Positions 37,301 through 51,400 are shown, counted from the stretch's first letter. The stretch: 64,000 nt of DNA from Octopus sinensis (GCF_006345805.1 NC_043000.1:57164001-57228000); one strand, 5' to 3'. The notes: a model not told the origin generated them from the sequence alone. Program-made: numbers and translations.

Positions 37301-38566
37301 TTATTGTAATTTCACCTTTTGTTGAGTTGAGCCATTGATAGTTAAATGTATTGGACATGGATTCAATGCAGTGATGGCACAGTACAATGTTGAGATAGAT
37401 GCCTAACTGATCTTTTAGCAGATTGTCTGATATCTTTTTGATTTGGCCTCCGATGATCCTGGATCATAAAAAAAGTTTAAGAATTAAAATATCAACAAAC
37501 TTGAGCACTATGAAAAATCTCATTCTTAATTACTGAAATTATCAATGAAAGCAACATTAGAGAGAAATATAAAAAAATTAGGGATTTTTCCAATAATTAC
37601 ATAGGTTGTCCAAACACAAATCTATTTTGTAGTAGATATTACAACACAATAGATTGTGGTAGTGTCCATCGTCAGCCCTGATTTAATAAACCTGTAACAT
37701 GTAGGTATTAACTAAATGACAAAATGTAATGCACAGATTCCATAATCCACCTAGTTGAAGAACATACTGCTGACTCTTGACGTGCAATGGTTTATGGTGT
37801 AAGATTCAGTATAAGGATCTTGAACTTACTACATTATCTCTTTCATTGTCCACTCTGTTCCTACATACTTGATATGGTAATTATAGACTCAAGTTAACCA
37901 AATTCAAATGGAGAGTACTTCTATATCTCAATTCTAAAATAGTTGTTCAATTAAACAGTGCTTGTAATGTTTTACAAGAAATTATAGCACCTACCTATGG
38001 TCAACAGTCTTTTCTCATGAATTTAACATGTAAAGGAACTAGTTTCCTTAAAATAGAAATATTTCACATACACAGAAAATGTAAATTTATTTTTGTGAAT
38101 TGTTTTCTATAATCAGAACACAGTGAATTCAGTGCATTATTATTAAGATAGTGCATCATTGTGGACATAGCATGACCAAATGGCTCAGAAATTCATTTCA
38201 CAATCAAGATGTCTTGGGTTCAATACTTCTGTATAGAATTTTGGGTGAGTGTCTTTTAACATGGCCTTGGGTCAACCAAATTCTTGAGAGTGAAATTGGG
38301 TGAGGAATACTATGCAGAAGCCTATCAGATGGATTGTACTTGTAATTCAATGGTACAGTCTTGTAACATGAATTGTACTGTACCTAAGAATTATGTTAAG
38401 GGTACATATAGCAGTGAGTTACTCAACCACTGACACACTAAACTAATGAACAAGTAATTCAGTCAAGCAAACAAGTGTATACTCATCATTGAAAAGGATA
38501 GAGACTCATTTACTTATATTTTGTAGTGCTTCATTGTATCTTATTAAGATATTTCAATTAATAGAT

Positions 38567-38680
38567 TATTATTATTGTTATTGTTGTTGTTATCATCATC
38601 ATCATCATCACCACCACCACCACCACCACCACCACCATCATCATCATCACCACCATCATCATCACCATCATCATTATTAC
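38567..38680. repeat. Compound trinucleotide microsatellite (ATT/GTT/CAT/CAC)
   Basis: Directly visible; it is the source of the poly-His pseudo-ORF. Confidence 0.95.
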
Positions 38681-41354
38681 TTCAAAGCAAGTTTGAACAA
38701 TGGCTATGATTAATTCTACCTTTCATCTTCCTGTAGATTATAATATGTGTTAATTAGAGGTTTTAAAGATAAAGTAGCTGTCTAAATCTGGCACTTTTAT
38801 AACTATTTCTGATATTTTGTGTCTCTGGACAGGACACTAAATTTTGCATAATGCATCACATTCAGGTTTGTGAAATAGGTACAAGATTTACAAGGAACAT
38901 TACTTACAGTAATAGTATACTGTTGTACTCACTGTTGTCCTATGTGCTGTATAGAGTATAGTAGTTCATATGCTGCAGTAGAATACTGCTGTCTTGTGTA
39001 AAAGGATATTTATTTTCTCATTCTCCTATCTGTTTAATGCTATAGATTTCAAGAGCTAAGCATCATCCTAATGAGCCCCTGTGGTTTTGTGAAAATATTT
39101 ATCTTTATAGTTATAGATACATCTAGTATAAGTATGTCAAATACCCTTGTGTTGTAGTTTATAAAAACTTATAGTTGAAGTGTTTTCTTAGTTTTGCAGT
39201 GAATGTTGCTCTAAAATTGTCTGATTGGAACAAAAAAAATCCATGAGAAACCATTAACTAGGAGTGATGTACTTAATCCAAAAGATTGCAAGTATAGAAT
39301 ATCAAATGTGTCTGTTTGAGTATGTTTGCATACAAACATACACACCTATATTGTAAATATGTTGTTTGCATTGAGATGTCTGATTATAAGAACAGTGAAG
39401 TAAAAATCTATCAATGAAAGCAATATTAATGGAGATAAAAAAGTTAGAGATTGTTCAATAATTAAATATTTTGCTTAAGTACAAATCTATTTTCATAGTA
39501 GACAGATAGTTATTGATGTGTTTTCCTAGTCAACCTTGATTGAATGCACAGGCCTATGGCATATAGATTTCAGTAGTGCAATCCACAGATTCAGTAGTCT
39601 ATCTAGTTGAGGACCATACTACTGGCTCTAATATGCAATGGTTTGCTGAATGGGACTCAGTGTAGTGATCTGAAAATGCTATATCATCTTCACTGACCAG
39701 TCTGTTCTCTATACTCAGTATGTTGATTATAGGTTTGAGTCCTACAGTGAGAACATTCGGTAATGTTTCCTCAGGCCCACAGTAGGACTGAAAACCAATA
39801 CTGCAAGTAAATGAAGTGCCTTTTAAGTATATACTGCTTCTGTATTTTGTAGCTGTGAGCTGTTACTACCCAAGATTACAAACGAGTCTCTTCACAGTTG
39901 TTCACTCTTCTAAAATTAGCTGCCAAATATCTTCCCACTTCTCTGCCATGTTAAGAAAGGAAACAAAACATATTGACAAATTCAGTTTAAGTAGAGAGGC
40001 TATAATTGATTGAACTTGTCCTGTATATCATTTACATCAGTAATTTAACCAGTTTTGAAAATATTAGAAGACAGAATATGATAAACATAGAATATCTAAA
40101 TTCCTGTACCATTATTTTCACATTCTGCACATCTCCCAAGCCAATAAAAGAATTTCTGAGAGTTCAACCATTTTTCCCTTCTATCATACCCTAGCATCTA
40201 AAAAACAACAAAAACATATTAGATTCTTAGATGTTATGTTTGAAAAATAAAAATACTGGATGGTCACAACTTGAGTGACTTTAATCATAGGCCTTTTCAA
40301 TTGGGCTTCACCTTTGATTAAAGCACCACAACGACATATATGACACTATAAAATTCTAACGATTGATTGACTAAGAGGAAACCTTTATATTGTTGCTTGA
40401 TATGCTAAAACAGCAGCTGAACCTCCTTCATCACACCATACTGTCATAAAACAGACTGAAACAGACATGGCTTAAACACCTTTGATCATAGGTCTGCTTG
40501 ATCAAAAAGTAAATATGCAGGCATCAGTATCGAATCGTGGACCAAAGAAGTAACATGAAATGCATGTGTCTTTACCGAGAGCATCAGCATACTTTAAAAT
40601 ACCAATATTATATGTTAATGACACAGGCTTTGCTTGTAGGAAAAAAATAATCATAATGAAATTAAAACTCAAGAATTCCAACAGCTTCCTGTTCAATCAT
40701 CTTCAAACCCACCAACTACTTTTAAAAAATTTTTTAGTTTCTAATTTCTTACAGGTGGAAAAGATTCATGTCTTGTCTTTGGTACAGGTATGTGTGTGGA
40801 AGGGGCATTATTGTTTTTCTTTTAGTAGTAGTAGTTATTGTTCTGTGCTGTCTTTGTGATAAGATGAAGGGGGGGGGGACAAGAAATCGCGAATCAATTA
40901 TAATTATAGTAATCTTTTCAACTATAGGCACAAGGCCTGAAATTTAATGGGACAGAACTAGTTACTTACATTTCCTACTTATTTTTGATAGATTGGTAGA
41001 ATTGTTGAAGTATCAAACAAAATACCCTTCAGTATTTAACTATGACCCTTTATGTTCTAAGTTCAAATCACTTTGAAGTCAACTTTGCCTGACATTTTCT
41101 CAGGTTGATAAATAAAGTACCAATCAAGTGCAACAGTCAGTATAACTGATTTTTCTTTTCCTCTCCTACTCCAAATTTTCTGGTCCTGAGTCTGTATATG
41201 AAATTATTATCATCGATTTTCTGTTTACCTCTCCTGTTTCTCCTACTTCCCTTAAAAAAACTTAGCAATATAAATATATAAATAGTAAATAAACATACCT
41301 TACATATTCAGTTTAATTTAGAGAAAATAAAGTGTTAATATTTATTATGTAGGT

Positions 41355-41570
41355 AAGGCAGTGAGCTGGCAGAATCATTAGAATGCTGGGCAAAATGCTT
41401 AGTGGAATTTCATCTGTCTTCACGTTCTGAGCTCAAATTCTGTCAAGGTCAACTTTGCTTTCATCCTTTCAGGGTTTTAGGAAGTACCAGGGTTGGCAAA
41501 ATAAGTAATTGACTTACCCCTCGCCCTAAATTGCTGGCATTGTGCCAAAAATTGAAATCAATATTTATTA
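41355..41570 (+). mobile_element. SINE family B
   Basis: aaggcagtgagctggcagaatc...gttctgagctcaaattc...gtcaactttgctttcatcctttcaggg. Confidence 0.8.
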
Positions 41571-41730
41571 TGTAAGTTAAGGGGGTTATATTCTGAATGC
41601 CATACATATGCAAGAAAAAAATTCTTAATTGAAATTTCCCTTTTAGTTTGAGTATATAAAACAAAAACCCTAGTAGCAATTGTGAGTGACTCACAGAAGA
41701 AAAAGGGGAGATCATTTCAAGAAGAGTTAT

Positions 41731-42100
41731 AGGCACAGGTATGGCTGTGTAGTTGAGAAGCTTGCTTTAAAACCACATCGCTTCAAGTTCAGTCTCACTG
41801 CATGGCACCTTGGAAAAGTGTCTTCTATAGTGCTAGTCTAACTAACATCCTGAGCATGAATTTGGAGGACAGAAACTGTGCAGACGCCATTTGCGTGTTT
41901 GTGTGTGTATTGTTCATGTTTCACTAGTGTTGTTTTGTTTAATATTCCTGTAACTTAGCAGTCAACAAACGGAAACCAATAGAATAAGTATTAGATTTTG
42001 AAAATATGTACTGAGGTCGATTTACTCGACTAAACCTTTCAAGGCAATGCTACAGCATGGCCACGATCCAATAACTGAAACAAATAAAAGAATAAAAGGA
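41731..42100 (+). mobile_element. SINE family A, full length
   Basis: Head, gcaccttggaaaagtgtcttcta, microsatellite spacer and 3' body. Confidence 0.82.
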
Positions 42101-42182
42101 TTAACTTTTAAGGGTTGTCACTAGGTTTTTCTTTACTTTCTCCAACTTGGAGGTAAATTTCAAGAAAGAATTTTTAGTGTAC

Positions 42183-43874
42183 TGTTGTAATGTAATTTGT
42201 TTAGTACAATAAATAAAATAACCAAACAACAGTAAAAACAATGTAACAAACTAACAAATCTCTTTACAAACCAACAATCAATATTCCAAGCAAACTAGCC
42301 AACCAACGCCTTCCAACTTCACTACAAACTAACACAAGCTTCACTTGACTATAAACTCTGAACTTCTGAACTCACTCGGATTGTTACTATTTATACATTA
42401 CTTGGACCACTCTATCTCTCACAAAGGGGTGTCATAACTCTCATCACAACATCTCTCCTTTTGAGATTTCAACTACTGTGAGAAAGTGGAATTTTTCCTT
42501 TTTTTCTCTTCCAGCACCTCTCTTCTTTTTTTTTTTTAGCTGTTGTATCATAATTGTTGCCCGACTTTTAAGCTAGTATTGCTTGTTGCACACAGCACTT
42601 TTTCTTTTCATTATATTAAGCACTCTTGATAGAATTCTTGTTGGGATTTTTTTTTCTTTTCCTTTTTTTGAAAATTTAATATCTTTTTTGTTTAGGTATT
42701 ACTTCCAGATATTCAGTCTGTTTTCATTTTCTGAAGCTAGTTCTACAGGGTTCAATATAACTCAGTGCTAGCTCTTCAAACATATATTATTCTTCATTCC
42801 TCTGTTCTTCTTTATGTCTAATCTTTAACTTCTGCCATGGACTGTAAAGTTAGATCTCGGTTTGCTTGTTCCAATTTAGAAAGAATTCTTACCCAGATTT
42901 GTGTATCTTTGTTTGTTGTGAGGCCTTGTACGAAAATAAGACACTAGAACATCTCAGGTGTAAGTTCTTTGAGTTTAAAACTTTCACACATTCTGTTGAC
43001 TGTTCCTGCGTATTTGATAAAATCATCATTCTATTTTTTCATTATATTCCAACACTCCATTTGAGTGTTAAATAGAGAAGTTCTATCACCAAATATGTTA
43101 AAAAGTAATTTTATTGTTTCTTTAAAACAAATTTCATTGGGTATTTTGGGCAATATGGAATTACAGTAATGTTCATACTCTAATGGAGCTACTTTTCACC
43201 ATAACAATCTCACTTTTTGTTTGTCTGACCATGATTTGCAATCTTGCTTTAAAATCACCTCATACCTTCTGTAGTATGATGCAAAAAGTTATACCCTCCT
43301 CTGGGTTATAATTCATTAATCGAGTTTGAAATGCAGTCTGCCAAAAACAAACTTACCTAATTTCTGGGCTTCTTTGAATATAGCTCCAATAATTGTTGTT
43401 GTAATTGCTTCTGAAACTCCTGTTGCTGCTCTTATTATTGCCTTTGCAACTGTACAATGGAAGCTAATAGGTCTTCCATTATTTAACAAGTTGTATCACA
43501 AACAAATTGTTAAATAACTTACGTGAGATTCAAAAACCTCATTGCCAGATGTAACATGATTTGTTATTTACCATAAATAAGAATGGCGGTACCCCAGCAT
43601 GGCCACAGCTCGTGAGCTGAAATTAGATAAAATTAAAAAAAAAAAATAATAAATAAAAAAAAAGATAAATAACCAGACAAATCTATTTACGAACCAACAA
43701 TCAATATTCCTTGCAGACTAACCAACCAATGTCAACTGACTCCACTGTGAACTAATACGAACTTCACTCAGCTCCAAACTCTAAACTTCTGAACTCACTT
43801 GGATCATTACTAGCTATACTCTACTTGGATTAGTTTATCTCTCACAAGGAGGCATCATAACTCTCATCACAACA
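42183..43874 (-). mobile_element. Gypsy-type LTR retroelement, gag-only (LTR-PBS-gag-PPT-LTR)
   Basis: Direct LTRs 42183-42451 and 43550-43874 (TG...CA); exact 5-bp TSD TGTAC at 42178-42182 and 43875-43879; PBS tggcaatgagg; PPT aaaaggagaga; internal gag. Confidence 0.92.
42830..43479 (-). pseudogene. Gypsy gag (decayed)
   Basis: MEDLLASIVQLQ...YNPEEGIT...YYRRYE...KVRLLW*K...YCNSILPK...IFGDRTSLFN...DDFIKYAGTVNRMCESFKL...CLIFVQGL...RILSKLEQ, typical of metazoan Gypsy gag. Confidence 0.85.
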
Positions 43875-44562
43875 TGTACATATTTCTGTACATTATACCT
43901 TTACTAACTGACTTACCTAAATTCATGACATTGACCTATTCAATTTATTTCTCTTAAGTTCATTTTATTTTTCAATTATAAATATTATTTCTACTTGATT
44001 TGGACACATTCAAAATATTGCATTGAATGTAGTTAGTACAGAATAAACAAATATATATTACACTTTAGATATTTAATATTCTGCTTGTACACACACACAC
44101 ACACACACCACACACACACACACACACTGGCCAGCCTCTGCCAGTTTTCTTCCTATTTGGCAGCAAATTTGCTTTACTTCTGACCTACCTGTCTGGAATA
44201 GCTAAATGAACAGCAAACAAACAAAAAAAACTCTATATTACACTACATCATACATAGACACACCCCATACACTACCAAATTCTATAAATCAACAACCCCT
44301 AACTAGTTTAGCAATGCAGCTGCAATACAGGTTATGAGAAGGTGGCACTATCAACAAGAAGGCTGTACCAATAATAATAACAACAACATAAGGATATTCA
44401 ATTGCAAGAGATTCATCTGTACTAACAACTGTTATAAGAAACCATTTCTTTAGATTAGCAACTGAGTTAACGTGCAACAGGGGAATTGGCCCTGTTGGTA
44501 GCTTAACCATCACACTGAATCTGTTCTAATCTTAGACTTTATCAGTTAAACACACTTAAGTT

Positions 44563-44576
44563 TCTCTCTCTCTCTC

Positions 44577-44633
<57 letters not shown>
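44563..44633. repeat. (CT)n(CA)n microsatellite
   Basis: Directly visible. Confidence 0.95.
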
Positions 44634-44634
<1 letters not shown>

Positions 44635-45224
44635 CCTATTACATAGGATCAGAACCTCTGGGAAGCATTCTCTTCAAACCCATATACCAGTATTTTCTTT
44701 GACCTTGGCTCTAAAGCATTCCTGAAAACAAAACCTTCCAGCCATGTCTGACATCAGAATATTCTGGCTAAGCCATGCAATTATGAACTACACTCAAGAA
44801 TTATCACCTGCAAACTGAAGCCTTTAGGCAAGAAGCACCATCCTAGCATGCGTTCACACCACCTTCTGATAAAGGTGATAAAAACTCAAGATAAAAATTG
44901 CTTAACCAATCAAATTCTCTCTTTTTAATTACTACTATGTCCGGATACATTTCACCCTCTCAACATCATTAACATTCAATAAAATAGACCCTACACTGAA
45001 CAAATGTTATTTGATGCCACTTATTACTATTACAACAGTCTCTGCTCCTAGATATTCTTAGAGCTTCTGTCACCAGGATTATTGAGATAAGGATGGAAAT
45101 TATGGTTGATGCTCCATTTGCAATATCTTCTTCATAGTGCATCAAGAAAAAAAATGTTTTCACCTAATGTGGTCTAACTGTAGACATGCAACTGTCTAAC
45201 CAATAACTAAACAACAGTAATTGC

Positions 45225-45462
45225 TTATTTCTTATTTCTTTATTGCCCACAAGGGGCTAAACACAGAGGGGACAAACAAGGACAGACAAAGGGATTAAGT
45301 CGATTATATCAACCCCAGTGTGTAACTGGTACTTAATTTATCGACCCCGAAAGGATGAAAGGCAAAGTCGACCTCAGTGTAATTTGAACTCAGAACGTAA
45401 CGGCAGACGAAATACCACTAAGTATTTTGCCCGGCGTGCTAATGTTTCTGCCAGCTCACTGA
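45225..45462 (-). mobile_element. SINE family B, well preserved (alternative 3' tail)
   Basis: Reverse complement: gagctggcagaaacattagcacgccgggc...gttctgagttcaaatt...gtcgactttgcctttcatcctttcggggtcgataaattaagtacc...gggcaataaagaaataagaaataa. CpGs are retained. Confidence 0.9.
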
Positions 45463-45525
45463 CTTAAACACTGTTAAACAATATGTTATTAAGCTTAGGG
45501 TGGTAGTTTAGATGTATAAGGAGTA

Positions 45526-45873
45526 TCTTTTATCTTTTAGTTGTTTCAGTCTTTCGGCTGCTGCTGTGCTGAGGCACCATCTTGAGCTTTAGTTGAACAA
45601 ATTGGCACCAGTATTTATTTTTAAGCCTGGCACTTATTCTAGCGAACTCTTTTTGCTGATTGTTGAGTGTGTGGAGGGAGGACAAACACAGACATGCACA
45701 TGCACACATATGATAGACTTCTTTCACTTTCTGTCTACCAAATCCGCTCATGAAGTTGTTTGGCCCTAGACCATAGAAGAAGACACATGACCAAGGTGTC
45801 ACACAGTGGGACTGAACCCCGACCATGAGGTTGGGAAGCAGGCTTCTTACCGCACAGTGATGCCAGCACCTAT
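45526..45873 (-). mobile_element. SINE family A with internal deletion
   Basis: Head and 3' body are present; the middle of the body is shorter than in 10006-10395. Confidence 0.78.
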
Positions 45874-46413
45874 ATTTTTTTTACTGTACCAAAAGGGAAC
45901 AGGAACTCGTCTACTCATATACACAATGAAAATAAAAAACTTACTAGCAACCACTGTGACAAGGTAACTTCAACATGGTATCTTTATTTGTTAGAAGTAG
46001 CGTCCATATCTTCCTCAAATCATTCTGTGCAGTATTTCTCAATCTTTTTGATTTCATAGCCTGCTAGAGATCAAATAAACTGTTTTATAGTTAAAAATTT
46101 AGAAAAAAGATAGAGAAAATTCTTACTTCATTTTAATAATCATATGACAAAAAATTATGAATAATTCATTTTCCAAGACACTGATGAATCAACATGAATT
46201 TTCAAAAGCCTCAAATTATATTTTTTAAAATCCAGTGCACTCGCATACCCACATACCTCTTGCAATACTGCACATATTTGAGAACCATTGACCAAAATAT
46301 TGTTAAGAAAAAAAAGGAAAGACAATTAAATACTGGGTAACTAGTTTTAGTTACACTATGTTTGGAAACAGCTCCAAACAAGATAGTCAGAACTGAAACA
46401 TATTTATAATAGA

Positions 46414-47853
46414 CTAGCAGTATCGCCCGGCGTTGCTCGGGTTTGTTTCGACCTGCTGGAATTGTAATTTTGAAAAGTAAAAATTTTGTGAACATTTTTC
46501 TGGTCGAAATACACCGAAAAGTGGCGACACAGCAGTGAAAAAATTGTAAAGAATAGAGATTTTCATAGAAAAAAGCATCTTTTTGATGTAAATAATTTTT
46601 GGTGTTAACATGGTCCGATTTGAATTTTATGTTCTACGGAAGGAAGAGCAACCCTTCTTCTACCATACTCTCAATTTTGGTCAACTTGCGCCGCAGGTTC
46701 TCGGAGGAGATAGTGTTAGTTGAAGGTTACCATTCTAGGTGCCTGAGTAACAACCTCGCGGATTTACAGATAAATGAATTAATTACTATTTTACAGAATA
46801 AAATTAAATAATTCTTGAAAATTAATTAATATTAATATTTTTTGAACAAAGTAAATAATTTTTAAAACTTAAATAATAATTTTTTTTACACAAACGCGAA
46901 CGGGGAAAAGGGGGTGGCGAATTCGATTTACATACCTAAATTTTTTCTTTTTCATGACATTGTAGCAAAATAGTAGTGAATTATATAAATACCAGCAGTA
47001 CATTTTTTTTTCTGGGGTATTTTTTTTCAACCTCGTCACATATTTGCCCCTTTCAATTTAAACAAAGTCTTAATTAAGCAATTACGGCAGCTTAGCAATG
47101 GTTTCAATACAGGCGTGACATCTGTATCTCAATTGTTCAAAACCCATCGAATTTTTTCGCACGTGATGATATCATAGTGAAAACTTTCAATTACGCGCGC
47201 TTATTTCTGTCTTTCACTCTGTCTGTCTCTTTACACACACTAACAAAAGCACTTCACTTACACACCACACTTTCTGTGTCGCACAACCCATCAAACACAC
47301 ACACACACTCACGCACGCACACATGTACATCAATGCTTTCGGAGTGAAATGTTAAAATATTGAGTTTTTTCGAATTTTGTCTTAATTGGTGGTAAAATTG
47401 AAAGAAATTTTTTATGGCATCACCCACTGAAGTACTCTGAAAAATCATGGGTACACTCTAATTGAAGAAATTGTGTGAGGAGTAAATCGTTATGTATTTA
47501 TTTGTTTCTGTTTGCTGTGTTTTTTTATTTTTTGAGTAGTGGTTTAAATACTTTCAGTTTAGTCTTCCTCAAATCACTCTGTCGCTATTTACTTTCATTT
47601 TATTCGTTGCACACTGTGTGTGTGCGTGTGGTGTAAACCACATTAAGAAAAGCATTTGACACACACACCAGAATGTGAGTTTTCTGTAAATTTTGCTTAA
47701 TTGGAGTTTAAATTTTAAAAACTGGACCTGGCATGACCCGATGCATTCTACTCTTAAAAATGCTAGGTAAATTGTAATTGAAGAAATCCTATATTGTAGA
47801 TTTCTATAACTTCCAAAGGGAGGCAGATAAAATCTGCCTTTTATAATAAGAGA
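46414..47853 (-). mobile_element. Non-autonomous Helitron (1440 bp)
   Basis: Minus strand: A|TCtcttattataaaaggcag 5' end; 3' cccgagcaacgccggg hairpin followed by cgatactgCTAG|T; A-T site and no TSD. Confidence 0.9.
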
Positions 47854-50800
47854 TAGGTCTGCTCTATCATAGCTGACATTGGATTGAATAACAACAACCA
47901 CTACAATGATACTGTGCGCAACAGTATATTGCTAAGTTTAGTTAGATAATTTAGATGTCTATAAAAAGTCTATAGCTTTCTTTACTGTACCAAATGAGAT
48001 TTGGTGCTGTTCTAACTCCAGTTCTTCCAAATGACTAATATCCTGCCATTCACAACTGGCTTCTTTCCAGTTTACAGCTTAAATGAACTGTGCCGTGTAA
48101 AACATTTAAAACATTGTTTGAACTTCAACAATCATCATTTCACTTTACACTCTTTACACACACTCACACACATAAACATATATGCATATGTGTTTGTACA
48201 CCTATGTGTGTGTGTGTACACAAACTTTATTTACATCCATAGCTATATGCATATGCACATAAAATGTGCATGCATGCACATGAACACAATTGTTCTTTTT
48301 GCCTTTTTCTCTCTTCCATCCAATTTTTCACCTGGTTTTTTCTCGTTTCTTTTTTCTTAATTCCCTCCACCTTTCTTTTCATCTATCACTGTATTTTCCT
48401 TCTATATTGTTTTCCCTCTTTATGTAACCCTTACTACTATCCTCCCTTTATGAAAATATGCATAAGTGTGTAATCTATTGTTATTTTAAAATAGCAAAGG
48501 TCTCTCTCTCTCTCTCTAATTGAAATACTAATATATATCTACATATACAGGCTTCCTCTGCTCAGTTTGCTTCTCTCAAAAATCCCTCACAAAGCTTTGA
48601 TTGACCCAATGTTGTGAGAGAAAACACTCAGTGGTGGAATCATACTCAGAACAACATGATTGTGGAGCAAATTCCTTATCAACAGACAGTCATGCTCCCA
48701 CCTATACCCGGATGGGAATAAATCAATTAGAATGAACATTGATCAAATACCCGCTTCATTGTACGGGAAAGGGACAGCAGAACGAAAATGACAGTTGATG
48801 AAAGAAGGATTAAGGGATTTGAATAGGAAAGCCATAACCAAGGCACATATTCATACAGCTCTCCTGGAATGTTTGCCAAAGGATATTGATCTACTTCTAG
48901 GAATTACTAAATAGGTTTTTGAGCGAACAAGGGATCCTCTACTTGATTTTCTAGAAATAGCAGCTAAATCTTCCTCTGATCACATTCTATCATCTTTAAA
49001 GAAAAAAAAAATTGAGAAGATATATTGTATAATGTGGCTCTACTGAGTGAGGGGGGAAAAATAGGACGGCCACTGCTGAAATGTCTTTTGATCAAAGATT
49101 TGCAGTATCTGATCTAGCAATGACATCTAAATAAGCTTAGATCTAATCTCAGTTAAATCAAAGTACACAAGAGCTAAAATGGTGTAAAAAAAAATAAAAA
49201 TAGTCATTTGTTTCAATCACTCTGAACTTTCAAACTTACAACCTTGTCTGAAATGTGTGTTTTATGATGACTCACTCTTGCAATTAGCAAAGATTTACAT
49301 ATAAAAAATAAAAACATGCTTTCTTTTTGCATAGAACACATTACATTTCATGTGTATGCATATACATGTGTATGCAGATAGATAGATAGACAGACAGACA
49401 GGCATGCGCACACACACAGCTGCGAATACACTGACTCCTAATACTGCACATATACACACATACTTGCAAAAATACCCTGTTGATGTTAAAATTCCAATCA
49501 AGGAGCCTTGGATCTAGATTAAAAACCAGCTCTTTCTCTATTGGCAAGAAATATTGAAATAAAACTGAATAATGACCTACATACATACACACACATTTTC
49601 ATATTAAAAATCCACAGTAATAAGATGTACAATTACCTTACTCATCTCTATTTCTTAAAAATTCCAACACAATTAAGATGGTCTGTGTCTCTCATTAGTT
49701 TAGAATTTTAAATGAAGCACAGAAAACAACAAAAAATAAAAGTCGCTTGGTGAGTAAAGCAATTTGAACAGTATTTCTGACAGAAACAGAAAGCAAAATA
49801 TTTCTTACATGGCTTTTGAGGGAAGCAAGAGAGGAAGGCAATGTTAGGTAAGGAAATGGATAGGAACTTGATAATTAAGCTAATAATAACAACTGAGAGA
49901 GAGAGAATCAAAGGTGGTGAGACAGAGAAATGAAGAAAAAAGACAGAAATAGAAAAGCCATTTGGAGAAAGGAAGCTAGGGTAAGACCAACAATCAAAGA
50001 GAAGATAGATATATAGTAAAGTGGAGAAAGAGAAAGATGGACAGTAAATGCAAAGAAAACAGAGCAGTAGGGAAGCAGAAAGTACATTCATTATTAGATG
50101 AAAAGAAACAGGCAGACATAAAAGAGAAACATTTTTTCTGAATTACAACAGTTAAATAGATGCAGAGATGCTTGTATTTTTTTTCTTTTTGTAGTTTTTC
50201 TGTTTATCATATTAGTCATTTATTCCCCCCATACATACACATACACACATTCTTTCTATATTATGTTTTATAATAATTACATGAGAAATATTGAAAACTG
50301 ATAATTTTTTTTTTATTAAGTAAATGGCTATGAGATTAAAGTACTGATTTATTACTGACTACATGGACATGATGAGTTCAGACCTTACTACACAACAGCC
50401 ATTGCATCGTGTCTATGCCCTCCTGAGCAAGATACATAACTGCTTTCCTCAGTTTACCTTATTGACACAAAAACCCTGGTTCAGTTTCTAATTTCACTAG
50501 CATACCCATGTCATTAAAAATGCAGACATTTTTACTAATGATAGAAAATGGTACATCAAAACTATGGGAGAAACCATTGATAAATGACAGTAGTTGAGTA
50601 AATATAGGTACATCCACAGAAGGTACATACAAGAGAATTAAAAAAAAAAAGTGGATCAAGGTTTTCCCTATCCGAAAAACTGACATGTTGGGAAAACACA
50701 AGATCATAGACTATAAATCCTGCCAAAATGAACTACAATATTCTTCTTATGATATTGGGTACTTTTTTCTTCATTTCATTAAACCCACTAAATATATATT

Positions 50801-51048
50801 ATATATGTTTATTACTCTGCTTTTTAATAATCCTATTTTTGTTTTCTAAATTTGTTTCAGATCTCCATCAGACTTTCAAGATTGCAGATATCCATGTTAT
50901 AACTGTTGCATTGAAAGTATCACTGTTGGTTTAATTCAAGATTCATGATGTTCCAGGCAGCTCCCCAAAATGATCATTTACAGACATACCAATACAGAAG
51001 ATACTCCACACATTGTAAGGAAGCACTTCAACATTTTTATTATTTTTA

Positions 51049-51400
51049 CAGAGATGTACTTGCATAGCAAGTGACCTGATCTGAGATCGTGTGCTGAAAC
51101 AAAAACAATTACAGCATGGAAGGTGAAGGTGTTTATAAGCCATTTAAAAAAAACACAAAAACCGTTAGATTCACTTCAACATTTAAATTTAATTTGCCAA
51201 AATATTTTCGCCGCTTTGAGACCGCGACATGATCACTGACAAAATTCTGTGCTGCATGGAATTTTGTCAGTGATCAGGTTACAGTCTCAAAGCAATGAAA
51301 ATATTTTGACAAATTAAATTTAAATGTCAAAGTGAATGTAACGGTTTTTGTGTGTTTTTTAAACAGCTTATAAACACCTTCCATGCTGCAATTGTTTTTG
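51049..51400. mobile_element. Foldback MITE (same family as 1750-2100), right end truncated
   Basis: TA|cagagatgtact left end; long inverted arms centred near 51253 (tgacaaaattc...gaattttgtca). Confidence 0.85.

Noticed and set aside
38489-38713. Poly-His ORF, and YIYI/CVCV/THTH ORFs throughout the window
   Set aside because: These are translations of microsatellites.
49704-49749. Possible 46-nt exon (ILNEAQKTTKNKSRL, GTGAGT donor)
   Set aside because: Too short to assign; the faint resemblance to a condensin subunit N-terminus is not supportable without a search.
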